The notes: generated from the sequence alone by a model not told the origin. Positions 27,135 to 36,853 are shown, counted from the stretch's first letter. The stretch is 64,000 nt of DNA from Acidimicrobiia bacterium (GCA_003235475.1 QJWC01000081.1:9343-73342); one strand, 5' to 3'. Program-made: numbers and translations.

Positions 27135-27695
27135 TCAGGTCACACGCGTGATGTAGTCGCCGGAACGGGTATCGACCTTGACCACGTCACCCTGCTCCAC
27201 GAAGAGCGGTGCCTGGATGATCCGGCCTGTCGACAGGGTGACCGGCTTTGTCGCAGCAGATACGCGATCTCCCTTGATTCCAGGCTCCGCGAACGTCACT
27301 TCGAGTTCGACGGACGCGGGAAGTTCGATGTCAACCGGGGTGCCATCGAACATGGAGATACGCACCGTCATGCCGTCGGTCATGAAGTCCGCCTGGTCTC
27401 CGATGAGCTCGCTCGGAACGCTGATCTGGTCGAACGTCTCGAGATCCATCAGGTTGAATCCGAGGTCGTCCTGATACAGGAAGGTGTGATCGCGTCGGTC
27501 GATGCGGGCTTGGGGGACGTTCTCACCCGCTCGAAAGGTCCGATCGAGGACCGCTCCCGTCCGCACGTTCTTCAGCTTCATGCGGACGAAGGCCTTGCCC
27601 TTCCCGGGTTTCACATGCTGGTATTCGACGACCGAGAACAAGCCTTCTGGAAGGTCGAGCGCCATTCCCGGCCGGACATCGTTGGTTGAGATCAT
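27135..27695 (-). CDS. efp: Elongation factor P
   Basis: ORF 27135..27851. Conserved start MISTNDVRPGM at 27695. KPGKGKAFVRMKLKN loop. Confidence 0.9.
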   Translation of the reverse strand: MISTNDVRPGMALDLPEGLFSVVEYQHVKPGKGKAFVRMKLKNVRTGAVLDRTFRAGENVPQARIDRRDHTFLYQDDLGFNLMDLETFDQISVPSELIGDQADFMTDGMTVRISMFDGTPVDIELPASVELEVTFAEPGIKGDRVSAATKPVTLSTGRIIQAPLFVEQGDVVKVDTRSGDYITRVT

Positions 27696-27726
27696 CGTGG
27701 TGCTTTCCCGTCGCGGCGTTGCACCG

Positions 27727-28773
27727 TCACTCGACGCCGATCGAGGCCAGTGCGGCCCGTACGGTAGCGTCGTCGACGGCGACGACCTCAGGCTGGCCGA
27801 ATGCCCGCAGGAGGACCATGCGAAGCCCTTCTGGGCCCCGTTTCTTGTCAAGCGACATGAAAGAACGCACCTCGTCAGCGTCTGCGTCTGGTGCGCTCAC
27901 CGGGAGCCCTACCCGACCCAGGACGTCGACCTGTCGCGGAGCGCCCCTGAAACCCAGGACGGCTTCCGACGCCGACCCGGCCGCCACGACGCCGATCGCG
28001 ACCGACTCGCCGTGGGTGCGGCCCGTCGCCGACTCGATCCCGTGGCCGACGGTGTGGCCGTAGTTCAGGATCGCCCTTCGGCCTTCTTCCCTGAAGTCGT
28101 CGTTCACCACGTCGACCTTGACTGCGACCGACCGGTTGACGATCGACTCGAGGTCGACGTCGATCCCGAAGGCCTCGTAGTCCTTGACGATGGACATATC
28201 GGAGATGAAGCCCGTCTTGAGCGCCTCTGCAGCGCCGTCCCGTCGACGGTCCTCCGGAAGGGCATCGAGGGTGTTGACGTCGATGACGACCTGTGAAGGG
28301 TGCTTGAACAGTCCGACGAGGTTCTTCCCGTCGACATTGACGCCTGTTTTCCCGCCGATCGCCGCGTCGACCGCGCCGAGAAGCGTCGTCGGTACGTACA
28401 TCGCATCGATGCCGCGCAAATAGGTGCCGGCGATGAAGCCCGCGACGTCGGTCAGGGAGCCGCCGCCGACGCCGATGATGGCGTCCGAGCGGGTGAAGCG
28501 GTGCTCGTTGAGATGCCGGTAGACCTCCTCGACAACGCTCATCTGCTTGGCTTCCTCTCCGTCCGGCACGGCATAACCGGACGAAGCAAATCCCTCGGCG
28601 GCGAAGGCCTTCGAGTAACGCTCAGCGAGGTCCCTGGTCCGCGGCTGGCAAAGCAAGGCGACGCGCTCGTATCCGCGAGCTGCCGCGCGGCGGACGAGTT
28701 CGGAGGTCATGGACCGACCGACGGCGATGGTCGACGCAACCGATGATCCCTCGCGGATCACATGCTCACGCAT
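27727..28773 (-). CDS. aroB: 3-dehydroquinate synthase
   Basis: ORF 27727..28857. Likely start MREHVIREG at 28773. NAD/metal motifs GGGSLTDVAGF, GHTVGHGIE. Confidence 0.85.
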   Translation of the reverse strand: MREHVIREGSSVASTIAVGRSMTSELVRRAAARGYERVALLCQPRTRDLAERYSKAFAAEGFASSGYAVPDGEEAKQMSVVEEVYRHLNEHRFTRSDAIIGVGGGSLTDVAGFIAGTYLRGIDAMYVPTTLLGAVDAAIGGKTGVNVDGKNLVGLFKHPSQVVIDVNTLDALPEDRRRDGAAEALKTGFISDMSIVKDYEAFGIDVDLESIVNRSVAVKVDVVNDDFREEGRRAILNYGHTVGHGIESATGRTHGESVAIGVVAAGSASEAVLGFRGAPRQVDVLGRVGLPVSAPDADADEVRSFMSLDKKRGPEGLRMVLLRAFGQPEVVAVDDATVRAALASIGVE

Positions 28774-29252
28774 CGCACAACCTCCTCCGCGACATCCTGC
28801 GGCGTCTTGCCATCCGTGTCGACCACATGATCGGCGGACTCGATGTACCTCGGCCATCGTGCCGCGAGGAGCTCGTCCAATTGCGCTCTGTCTCGGTAAA
28901 GCGGTCTCGTCGCTGTTGACCCGATTCGGTCGACGATCTCTTCGACCGACGCAGCGAGGAGGACGATGGCACCTGAATCAGACATCAACGATGCGTTGGC
29001 GGGGTCAATGACCGCTCCCCCGCCTGTACTCACCACCGCGCTCTGGCTGGCTGCGACCGATGCGATCGCCTTTCGCTCCTCCGCGCGAAACACCTCTTCT
29101 GACTCTTCGAAGAGGTCAGCGATCGTCCGGCCAGACGACTCCATGACGACCGTGTCGGTATCGACGAGCGGCATCGTGAGGCGTTGCGCAACGAGGGCAC
29201 CGACCGTGGTCTTGCCGGTTCCCATCATGCCGATCAACCAAATGTGGCCCAT
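28758..29252 (-). CDS. aroK: Shikimate kinase
   Basis: ORF 28758..29336. Start MGHIWLIGMMGTGKTT at 29250..29252 shares 1 nt with the aroC stop (TGATG). Confidence 0.85.
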   Translation of the reverse strand: MGHIWLIGMMGTGKTTVGALVAQRLTMPLVDTDTVVMESSGRTIADLFEESEEVFRAEERKAIASVAASQSAVVSTGGGAVIDPANASLMSDSGAIVLLAASVEEIVDRIGSTATRPLYRDRAQLDELLAARWPRYIESADHVVDTDGKTPQDVAEEVVRCVSM

Positions 29253-30418
29253 CAGAAGGTGTCGAGCCGGCTCCGGTACGCGGCCGCCGCTCCGGCGAAG
29301 TCGTCGACGGTGTCGCCACCGAACTTCCTCAGGCACTCGCGTGCGAGCACGTAGGCGACCATCTGCTCAGCGACCACACCCGCCGCCGGCACTGCGCACA
29401 CGTCGCTCCGCTCCCGCATCGCCTTGATCGGTTCCTTTGTCGTCACATCGACGGTGTCGAGCGGCTTCATCACGGTGGAGATGGGCTTCATATAGGCGGT
29501 GACCCGGAGCGCCTCCCCGGTCGTCATGCCCCCCTCGAGGCCGCCCGCGTGGTTCGACCGGCGGCGGAAGCCCGACGCGTCATGTGTGATCTCGTCGTGG
29601 GCGATAGTGCCCCTGGACCTGGACTGCGCAATGCCGTCACCGATCTCGACCCCTTTGATCGCCTGGATCGACATGAGTGCTCCCGCGAGGAGGCCGTCGA
29701 GCTTGCGGTCCCAATGCACGTGGCTTCCCACGCCGGGGGGAAGCCCGAAGGCAAGCACCTCGACCGACCCGCCGAGCGTGTCCTTGTCGGTCGCCGCCCT
29801 GTCGATCTCGTCGACCATCCTCTTCGCCAGGTCACGGTCGTACGCCCTGACTTCGCTCGCCTCGATGGCCTCGACATCCTCGGCGGACGGGAGCGGAGAG
29901 TCGGGGTCCACGGAAACCGATCCGATCGCGGTCACATGGGACAGGATGCTGACATCGATGGCGGCGAGCAGTTGCTTTGCGATGTAGCCGACAATCGTCC
30001 TCGCAGCGGTCTCCCTCGCCGATGCCCGTTCGAGGATGTCGCGAGCGTCGTGGGTGTCGTACTTCTGCATCCCAACGAGATCCGCATGTCCCGGACGCGG
30101 GTTCGTTTCGGCCCGCGGGGGCGCACCGTCCCCACCAAGAGGATCGGGATCCATGATCGTGCTCCACCTGTCCCACTCTGTGTTCCGAACAAGGACGGAT
30201 ATCGGGCCGCCGAGGGAACGCCCGAAACGAACGCCACCGAGAATCTCGACCACATCCTGTTCGATCTTCATGCGAGCGCCGCGGCCGTGGCCGGCACGCC
30301 GCCGTGCAAGCTCTGCAGCGATGCCTTCGCGCGTGACGGTCAGCCCAGCCGGTACGCCCTCGATGACGGCGGTCAGCCCCGGGCCGTGCGATTCACCCGC
30401 TGTGAGAAACCGAAGCAT
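29252..30418 (-). CDS. aroC: Chorismate synthase
   Basis: 388 aa. MLRFLTAGESHGPGL, GRSSARETAARV-like segment. Confidence 0.9.
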   Translation of the reverse strand: MLRFLTAGESHGPGLTAVIEGVPAGLTVTREGIAAELARRRAGHGRGARMKIEQDVVEILGGVRFGRSLGGPISVLVRNTEWDRWSTIMDPDPLGGDGAPPRAETNPRPGHADLVGMQKYDTHDARDILERASARETAARTIVGYIAKQLLAAIDVSILSHVTAIGSVSVDPDSPLPSAEDVEAIEASEVRAYDRDLAKRMVDEIDRAATDKDTLGGSVEVLAFGLPPGVGSHVHWDRKLDGLLAGALMSIQAIKGVEIGDGIAQSRSRGTIAHDEITHDASGFRRRSNHAGGLEGGMTTGEALRVTAYMKPISTVMKPLDTVDVTTKEPIKAMRERSDVCAVPAAGVVAEQMVAYVLARECLRKFGGDTVDDFAGAAAAYRSRLDTF

Positions 30419-30469
30419 GGCCAGGAGAGTAGGCGGCCGTCAGGGGCTCGAGACTTCATCTGGTGCCTG

Positions 30470-31213
30470 TCAGCCGCGATACCAATCCAGGAATGCTGAC
30501 CCGAAGACGATCGAAGCGACGGCTCCTGCCACCATGAAGGGGCCGAAGGCAATGGCATCGGTGCGGCGCACACGGCGCGTGATGAGCAGCAGAACCGATA
30601 CCAGGCCGCCGAGGAGGAACGCGCCGACGACGGCGACTCCAAGGTGCGACCACGAGACGAACCCGACGAACATCCCCAGGGGAAAAGCAAGTTTGACATC
30701 GCCGTACCCGAGCGCTCCCTTCGCGACAAGGGCAAGGACGAACATGACGACGAAGTACGTGATCCCTGCGAGGAGTGCACGCACGACTGCCCCCGGCATG
30801 GATGCGAAGAGCCCACCGATGACCAGCGACAACCCGCACGCGAGCGTGCCCGGGACGAGGATGCGGTTCGGGATGAGCTGCGTGTCGATGTCCGTCACCG
30901 TCAGGACACCGGCCATGAAGCCGAAGGCGACATAAGCAGGAACCACCCACCCTGTGGGGGCACCGAAGGCGAGCAGGACGAGGAGCACCGGCAGTGCGAT
31001 CAGGACCAGAACATTCATGGCGCGCTGTCGATGGCGGTTGCCGCGGCATTTCGAGAGAAATACGTTCAGATCGTCCCCGCAGGTCGGGCAAGGCGGGTTC
31101 CACCACAGATCGCTCCCCCGGAGGCGGTGCGCGTCCGCCTCCGCGACGACGGCCCTGGCGAGGACAACGCCCACAAGGGCGACCACGACTGCGAGGAAGA
31201 GGTCTGCGTTCAT
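30470..31213 (-). CDS. Prepilin peptidase (A24 family) with N-terminal CxxC...CxxC zinc motif
   Basis: 247 aa. CPTCGDDL...CRGN, 6-7 TM, catalytic-type Asp in GYGDVKL. Confidence 0.7.
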   Translation of the reverse strand: MNADLFLAVVVALVGVVLARAVVAEADAHRLRGSDLWWNPPCPTCGDDLNVFLSKCRGNRHRQRAMNVLVLIALPVLLVLLAFGAPTGWVVPAYVAFGFMAGVLTVTDIDTQLIPNRILVPGTLACGLSLVIGGLFASMPGAVVRALLAGITYFVVMFVLALVAKGALGYGDVKLAFPLGMFVGFVSWSHLGVAVVGAFLLGGLVSVLLLITRRVRRTDAIAFGPFMVAGAVASIVFGSAFLDWYRG

Positions 31214-31250
31214 CCGGGCGAGCCTAGGTCCGCGTGGTCGTACAGACGGA

Positions 31251-32024
31251 TTACCGGGCTCTCGCTGCGCGCTCGAAGACGGTGGCTGGCACCCGTATGC
31301 CGGTGAACCGGCGGAACGCCTCTACCGCCTGGCCGGCGAGCATGTCGATACCGTCGGCAACCGGGATGGCCCGCTCGATCGCATCTGAGACAAGTGGAGT
31401 CGGCGCGTCGCTGTACGCCATGTCGATCACCCCGACCGCCCCTTCCGTGAGCTGAGGAGGCATCACCTCGCCATGCATCCCGAGCGGTGTCGCGTTGACG
31501 ATCACACAACCGGCGCGACCTTCGTCCCATGGGACCCATTCAGCCGGTACCGCGGTCGAGGTGGCGAGTTCCGCCGCTGCCTCGCGCCGTCTGGCCGAAA
31601 CCAGAAGCGTGTGCCCCTCGAGGGCCACGGCAGCGGCACGCGCAGCGCCGCCCGAACCGAGGATCCGAACCGGTGCCTCTGTCTGTACACCGAGCAAAGA
31701 GAAGGCGTGCCGCACGCCGGCGATGTCCGTGTTGAATCCACGCAATACGGCTCCGGCGCGCACGACGCTGTTCACGGCGCCGCTCCTGGCGGCCTCTGGC
31801 GACAGGTCGTCCGCCGCTTCGTAGGCGTTGCGTTTGTGGGGCATGGTCACCGATACTCCGTCGAGCTGCCCTGTGCGGAGTGCAGAGACAACTTCCGGAA
31901 ACCCTGAAGGGCCGACCCTCCACCGTTCGAAGGATGCTTCGATGCCTGCGAATGCGAACGCCGCGAGATGCATCTCCGGAGACAGCGAGTGCTCGATCGG
32001 ATCACCTACGACGGCGAAGTTCAT
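31251..32024 (-). CDS. aroE: Shikimate dehydrogenase
   Basis: 257 aa. VVGDPIEHSLSP, NTDIAG, ILGSGGAARA. Confidence 0.85.
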   Translation of the reverse strand: MNFAVVGDPIEHSLSPEMHLAAFAFAGIEASFERWRVGPSGFPEVVSALRTGQLDGVSVTMPHKRNAYEAADDLSPEAARSGAVNSVVRAGAVLRGFNTDIAGVRHAFSLLGVQTEAPVRILGSGGAARAAAVALEGHTLLVSARRREAAAELATSTAVPAEWVPWDEGRAGCVIVNATPLGMHGEVMPPQLTEGAVGVIDMAYSDAPTPLVSDAIERAIPVADGIDMLAGQAVEAFRRFTGIRVPATVFERAARAR

Positions 32025-33127
32025 TCACGGACCCCGTTCTCACGCGCCCGTTCGATGTTCGCCTGATGTTCCTCGAAGGTGGTTGCGAAGTAGTGCGTGC
32101 CGTCTGACTCGCCGAGGACGTAGAACAGGTAATCCGTGAACGCCGGGTTCACGGCGGCTTCGAGGCTCGCCTGTGACGTTGTGCCGATCGGAGTTGGTGG
32201 CAGCCCGTCGTTCCGATAGGTGTTGTAAGGAGAGTCCGTGTCGAGATGTTCGCTCGTCACCACGCCGGGGTTGTACCCGAGCGCGTATATCACCGTTGCG
32301 TCGATCTGGAGTCGCATCGGCACGCTGAGCCGGTTGTAGATCACGGAGGCCATGATTGGCCGCTCCTCGTCCAGGCTCGCCTCCCTCTCGATCAACGACG
32401 CGACGATGATGGCCTCGTACCGGGTCACGCCGAGCGCTTCGATCCTCCCCCAATCGAGTGTGCCGAGCCGTCGCTCCATCTCGACGATCATCGGCGCAAG
32501 GATCTCGCCGGGTGTCGCGGTCGGATCGAGCGGGTACGTTGCCGGGAAGATCAGGCCCTCCCACCGCGCGAGGTCGTTCGCCAAGGCGGAAGGGAGGTAG
32601 GACGAGGTCAGCTCGCCTGATTCGAGGGAAGCGACGAAGTCGGCCTGGGAATGGGACGTCTTGAGCGCCAGTTCCTCGATGATCCTCGCGACGGTCCAGC
32701 CTTCGACGACGGTGAACGTGGAAGGGGCATCGACGTTCGAGCCGAGTACGAGCTGTGCGATGACCTCAGCGGGATCCATGCCGGTGGTGAATGCATACGT
32801 CCCCGCCTGGAGCTTTCCCTCTGCGTCGAGCGCCTGCGCCGCTGACTGGAGCGCGCCGCTGTTCGCCACACCACGCTCATCGAGAAGGGCGTAGATGGAA
32901 GCTGCCGAGGCACCTGAAGGCACCACGAGTTCAACAGGGAGCCCGATCGACAGTTCATCGTCGTCTCTGACCACGAGGCGCGCTGTGCCAAAGGCGATGG
33001 CGGCAAGCACCACGACGGCGAGGCCCGCAGCGATTGCGCGTATCACGACGCGCCGCCGACCTCTGTCGGCGCCCGGCGTGCGCTCAGCCGTCTGTTGCGG
33101 CGGTGTCATCTCGGTTTCGTCTTGCAT
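32021..33127 (-). CDS. mltG: Endolytic murein transglycosylase MltG (YceG-like)
   Basis: ORF 32021..33247. Probable start at 33127 or 33109. TM anchor then YceG domain (RVTIPEGWT-like TFTVVEGWTVARI, YNTYRNDGLPPTPI). Confidence 0.8.
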   Translation of the reverse strand: MQDETEMTPPQQTAERTPGADRGRRRVVIRAIAAGLAVVVLAAIAFGTARLVVRDDDELSIGLPVELVVPSGASAASIYALLDERGVANSGALQSAAQALDAEGKLQAGTYAFTTGMDPAEVIAQLVLGSNVDAPSTFTVVEGWTVARIIEELALKTSHSQADFVASLESGELTSSYLPSALANDLARWEGLIFPATYPLDPTATPGEILAPMIVEMERRLGTLDWGRIEALGVTRYEAIIVASLIEREASLDEERPIMASVIYNRLSVPMRLQIDATVIYALGYNPGVVTSEHLDTDSPYNTYRNDGLPPTPIGTTSQASLEAAVNPAFTDYLFYVLGESDGTHYFATTFEEHQANIERARENGVRE

Positions 33128-33521
33128 CGAGAAATCCTTGGAGCATGATCGCCGCAGCGACCTGATCCCGCGTTGTCTTCCGTTCCTTGCGACGCATCCC
33201 GCCCTCGAGCAGGGCGGACTCTGCAATCTTCGTCGTGAAGCGTTCATCCCAGTACTCGACCTCGAGGCCCGCTTCCTCGAGGGCCGCTCCGAGGTTCCGG
33301 CTTCGCATGGCGGATGGCCCCTCGGATCCGTCGAGGGCCAAGGGCAGTCCTACGACAAGCAGTGATGCGCCAAGTTCAGCGGCTACGTCGAGCACTCCCG
33401 CTACAGAGTCTCGGTCGGCGGGAACGAATCCGTGAGGGGACGCGATGGTGCCCGTCGGATCCGAGACCGCGACACCGATGCGGCGCTCCCCAGGATCGAG
33501 TCCGAGGATGCGCCCGCTCAC
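33084..33521 (-). CDS. ruvX: Putative pre-16S rRNA nuclease / Holliday junction resolvase-like RuvX (YqgF)
   Basis: 145 aa. ILGLDPGERRIGVAVSD. Confidence 0.85.
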   Translation of the reverse strand: MSGRILGLDPGERRIGVAVSDPTGTIASPHGFVPADRDSVAGVLDVAAELGASLLVVGLPLALDGSEGPSAMRSRNLGAALEEAGLEVEYWDERFTTKIAESALLEGGMRRKERKTTRDQVAAAIMLQGFLDARRNRDDTAATDG

Positions 33522-36139
33522 AGCGACTGAAGCGCCTCCCGCGCCGCGGCCACCGACGTGGCGATCGCTGCGTCCATCCCGGAGGCGTTCGGCCCACCGG
33601 CCTGGGCGAGCCCGGGATCGCGGCTTCCACCGCCGCCGAGCTCCTTTGCCCCAGCCGCCGCGATTGCCCCTGCGGAAACGCCTCGTTGCACCACATCGTC
33701 ACTTGCGAACACGATCAGAGCAGCCTTGTCATCCGTCACTGATCCGAGGACGCCGACGCCGGACCCCAACCGGTCGCGCACCTGGAATGCAATGGATCGG
33801 ATGCCGTCGTTGCCGACTCCGTCGACTCGCCCGCTGGCGAGGTGTGTGGTGCCGATGCCCTCGGCGGACGACACGATCTCGGAGGCAGAACCGGACTGCT
33901 CGCGGGCCTCGAACTCGGCAAGCCGCTCCTCGGCGACACGCAGGCGCTCCGCCGTCGACATCGCTGCGTCGACCTCGCGCCCCGGTTGCGCTTTGAGAAC
34001 GTTTCCCACATCCCTGAGCTGAGCCCGCAGGTCCGCAAGGTGTGCGTACGCCGCACTCCCGGTGAGGGCCTCGACGCGACGGATGTTCGACCCGACGGAG
34101 CCTTCGCTCACCAACACGAGGGGGCCGATCTGACCGGTGGTCGGCACGTGCGTTCCACCGCAGAACTCCGTCGAGTAGTCGCCTGTGCGGACGACCCGCA
34201 CGCGCTCTCCGTACTTGTCGCCGAAGAAGGCGAGCGCGCCCATCTCCTGCGCCTCGGTCTTCGAGGTCTCGACGGTCGTGACCCTCGCGTTCTCGATCAC
34301 TCGGTCGTTCGTCGTCGCCTCGATGTGGTTAAGCGTTTCCGAGTCGACCGCACTGTGGTGGGAGAAATCGAACCGCAATCGGTCGGGCGCCACGAGCGAC
34401 CCTGCCTGATGGACATGGTCACCGAGGACGCTCCGAAGGGCCCAGTGCAGGATGTGCGTGCCGGTGTGGTTCTTCTTGGTCGTCTCGCGGCGGGCCCGAT
34501 CGACGTGGGTGGTCGCCCCCTGTCCAGCCTGCACGTATCCGGTGGCGACCGTTCCACGGTGGCCACGTATCTCAGGCAGGGTGAACTGGGTGTCATCGAT
34601 GCGGATCTCGCCCGTCTCGGTCCGAATGATGCCTGCGTCGCCGACCTGGCCCCCAGACTCGGCATAGAAGGGCGTGACATCGACGAACACCTCGACGTCC
34701 TGGCCCTCGTCTGCGCGGTCGACGACTTCGCCCTCGCGCAGGAGGCTGAGCACTGTTCCTGTCCCTTGCAGATGGTCGTACCCGATGAACTCCGTTTGAT
34801 CGACGTTGCGCAGGGCAGCTCGGTACCGCTCCACGGCCTCGCTGTCGCTCGCGCCCTCGAATGCCGCTCGGGCGCGTTGGCGTTGCTGCGTCATCTCGAC
34901 CTCGAACCCATCGCGGTCGACCTCGAGGCCGCGCTCCTTCGCGATCTCCTCGGTCAGCTCGATCGGAAAGCCGTAGGTGTCATGGAGCTTGAAGGCGGTG
35001 CTCCCCGGTATCGGAGCGCCAGCGTCGAGGTCATCGATCGCTGCGTCGAGCATCTGCTCGCCTGTCTCGAGGGTTCGGACGAACTGAGATTCCTCGCGGT
35101 CGGCCAACTCCCTGATGAACGCTTGTCGCTCCGCGAGCGCGGGATACGCGGCGCCCATCTCCGCAACCGTGACGTCGATGAGGCGGTCCATCACCGAACC
35201 TTCGGCTCCAAGCATGTGTGCGTGGCGAACAGCCCTCCGAAGGAGCCTTCGGAGGATGTATCCGCGGCCTTCGTTCGACGGCACGACACCGTCCGAGATG
35301 AGGAACGTCACGGCACGGCCGTGGTCGGCCATGATCCTGAGGCTCGTATCGGCGCGGTCGTCCGCCCCGTATGCGGTCGATGTGGCGTTCTCTGCCACGG
35401 CGAGGACTGCACGCAACGTGTTCGTCTCGAAGACGGTGTCGACACCCTGGAGGACACAGGACACACGTTCGAGGCCCATGCCGGTATCGATCGACTTCAT
35501 CGGGAGTTCACCCACGAGGTGGTAGGGCTCGTCCTGCACGTAGGCCATGAAGACGAGATTCCAATACTCCATGAAGCGTTCCTCGTCGACCACGGGACCG
35601 CCGTCAGGCCCGTACTGCGGGCCCTTGTCGTAGAACAGCTCGGACGACTTCCCCGCGGGGCCCGCGACCCCCATCTGCCAGATGTTGTCCCGATCGCGAC
35701 GCTGGAGCCGCGCCGCCGGGAACCCGATCTTGTCGAGCCAGATCTCCGCGGCCTCGTCATCCGTGTCGTGCACCGTCACCCAGATCCGGTCTGGATCGAG
35801 GTGGTACTCCTCGACGGAAAGCTTCCACGCGAGCTCTATGGCCCGTTCCTTGAAGTAGTCCCCGAAGGAGAAGTTTCCGAGCATCTCGAAGAACGAGAGA
35901 TGACGCGCGGTGGTACCGATGATGTCGATGTCGACGGTCCGGATGCACTTCTGCGAGGTGACCGCGCGCGGATGCGGGGCGGCTTCCTCGCCGAGGAGGT
36001 ACGACTTGAACGGAACCATGCCGGCGACATTGAGGAGGAGGGACGGATCGACCGGAATCAGCGACGCAGAGGGCATCACGACGTGGTCGTGCTTCTCGAA
36101 GAAGTCGAGGTAGGTACTGCGAATCTCGTTGGTTTCCAT
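33518..36139 (-). CDS. alaS: Alanine--tRNA ligase
   Basis: 873 aa. Class II core, editing domain HTGTHILHWALR, C-terminal DHHA1-like region. Confidence 0.95.
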   Translation of the reverse strand: METNEIRSTYLDFFEKHDHVVMPSASLIPVDPSLLLNVAGMVPFKSYLLGEEAAPHPRAVTSQKCIRTVDIDIIGTTARHLSFFEMLGNFSFGDYFKERAIELAWKLSVEEYHLDPDRIWVTVHDTDDEAAEIWLDKIGFPAARLQRRDRDNIWQMGVAGPAGKSSELFYDKGPQYGPDGGPVVDEERFMEYWNLVFMAYVQDEPYHLVGELPMKSIDTGMGLERVSCVLQGVDTVFETNTLRAVLAVAENATSTAYGADDRADTSLRIMADHGRAVTFLISDGVVPSNEGRGYILRRLLRRAVRHAHMLGAEGSVMDRLIDVTVAEMGAAYPALAERQAFIRELADREESQFVRTLETGEQMLDAAIDDLDAGAPIPGSTAFKLHDTYGFPIELTEEIAKERGLEVDRDGFEVEMTQQRQRARAAFEGASDSEAVERYRAALRNVDQTEFIGYDHLQGTGTVLSLLREGEVVDRADEGQDVEVFVDVTPFYAESGGQVGDAGIIRTETGEIRIDDTQFTLPEIRGHRGTVATGYVQAGQGATTHVDRARRETTKKNHTGTHILHWALRSVLGDHVHQAGSLVAPDRLRFDFSHHSAVDSETLNHIEATTNDRVIENARVTTVETSKTEAQEMGALAFFGDKYGERVRVVRTGDYSTEFCGGTHVPTTGQIGPLVLVSEGSVGSNIRRVEALTGSAAYAHLADLRAQLRDVGNVLKAQPGREVDAAMSTAERLRVAEERLAEFEAREQSGSASEIVSSAEGIGTTHLASGRVDGVGNDGIRSIAFQVRDRLGSGVGVLGSVTDDKAALIVFASDDVVQRGVSAGAIAAAGAKELGGGGSRDPGLAQAGGPNASGMDAAIATSVAAAREALQSL

Positions 36140-36151
36140 GAAGAGGCGAGG

Positions 36152-36376
36152 TTACCCGGTCTCGGCCTCACCACCCGTTGGAGCGACGCGCAGCGACGAC
36201 CGCTGAAGCCGCCGGCCGACGCGCTCGAGGCTGTCCGCCGCGACGTGGGCAGACGCTCTCTTCAGCCCCCTGGCGTCAAGGCGTTCGCGCAGTTGGCGGG
36301 CCCTTTTGACGACGAGGAAGCCGAGGCCGACCGTCATCGCGGCGCCATACACGAACCAACGGATGCGAACGAACAT
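36152..36376 (-). CDS. Hypothetical small membrane-anchored protein (one N-terminal TM helix)
   Basis: 74 aa. Ends 12 nt upstream of the alaS start. No recognisable family. Coding status uncertain. Confidence 0.35.
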   Translation of the reverse strand: MFVRIRWFVYGAAMTVGLGFLVVKRARQLRERLDARGLKRASAHVAADSLERVGRRLQRSSLRVAPTGGEAETG

Positions 36377-36418
36377 GGAGGGGAGCGTAGCCGTGGGGGG
36401 CGCCGACGACTCGGGCGT

Positions 36419-36853
36419 CTACCCGTTCGAATCCGGGTCGAAGCCGCACTGCTGCAGGGCTGTTGCGGGGTCGAGACCGCCGTACTGCGACCGTTCGAAC
36501 GCGGCGACGGCGGCGATCTCCGTGGGCGTGAGGCGGCCTTCATGGCTCGGCATCCCGCCGGTGACCTCCTTGTTCGGGTCTCCGTAGGTGATGCCGACTT
36601 CCGCCTTCCAACCATCGGAGCCCAGCGTCACCCAGCGTTGATGGTCCTCGCATGAGCTGAACGTGTCCAGGACCCCGGCGAACGGCGGGCCGATGCCGCC
36701 CTGTCCGCCGGATCCGTGGCAGGCCGAGCATATGTTGGCGTACACCTCGCGACCCTGCGCGAGTGGCCCCTGAGGCGCTGCGGAACCACAGGCGGCGATC
36801 AGCAGTCCCATCACGGCGGGAAGCACGATGCGTATGAAGAGGACTCGTGGCAC
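36419..36853 (-). CDS. Mono-heme class I c-type cytochrome, lipoprotein-anchored
   Basis: 144 aa. Signal peptide with lipobox LLIAACGS, heme attachment CSACHG, probable Met ligand in GGMPSHEG, C-terminal helix TEIAAVAAFERSQYG. Confidence 0.75.
   Translation of the reverse strand: MPRVLFIRIVLPAVMGLLIAACGSAAPQGPLAQGREVYANICSACHGSGGQGGIGPPFAGVLDTFSSCEDHQRWVTLGSDGWKAEVGITYGDPNKEVTGGMPSHEGRLTPTEIAAVAAFERSQYGGLDPATALQQCGFDPDSNG

Noticed and set aside
36140-36151. Considered a T-box or other leader before alaS, aspS and hisS.
   Set aside because: alaS has only a 12-nt spacer, and aspS and hisS overlap their upstream genes. There is no room for a leader. Only pheS has a long leader, reported separately.
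33842-36655. 937-aa plus-strand ORF antisense to alaS. Similar long antisense ORFs occur at 12825..14039, 2235..3401, 36540..37952, 24653..25927, 20271..21113, 8406..9191, 16015..17040, 59617..60672.
   Set aside because: They lie entirely inside well-supported genes on the other strand. They have no recognisable domains and have Arg/Ala/Pro-rich, low-complexity composition. Stop-free antisense frames are expected at this GC content.
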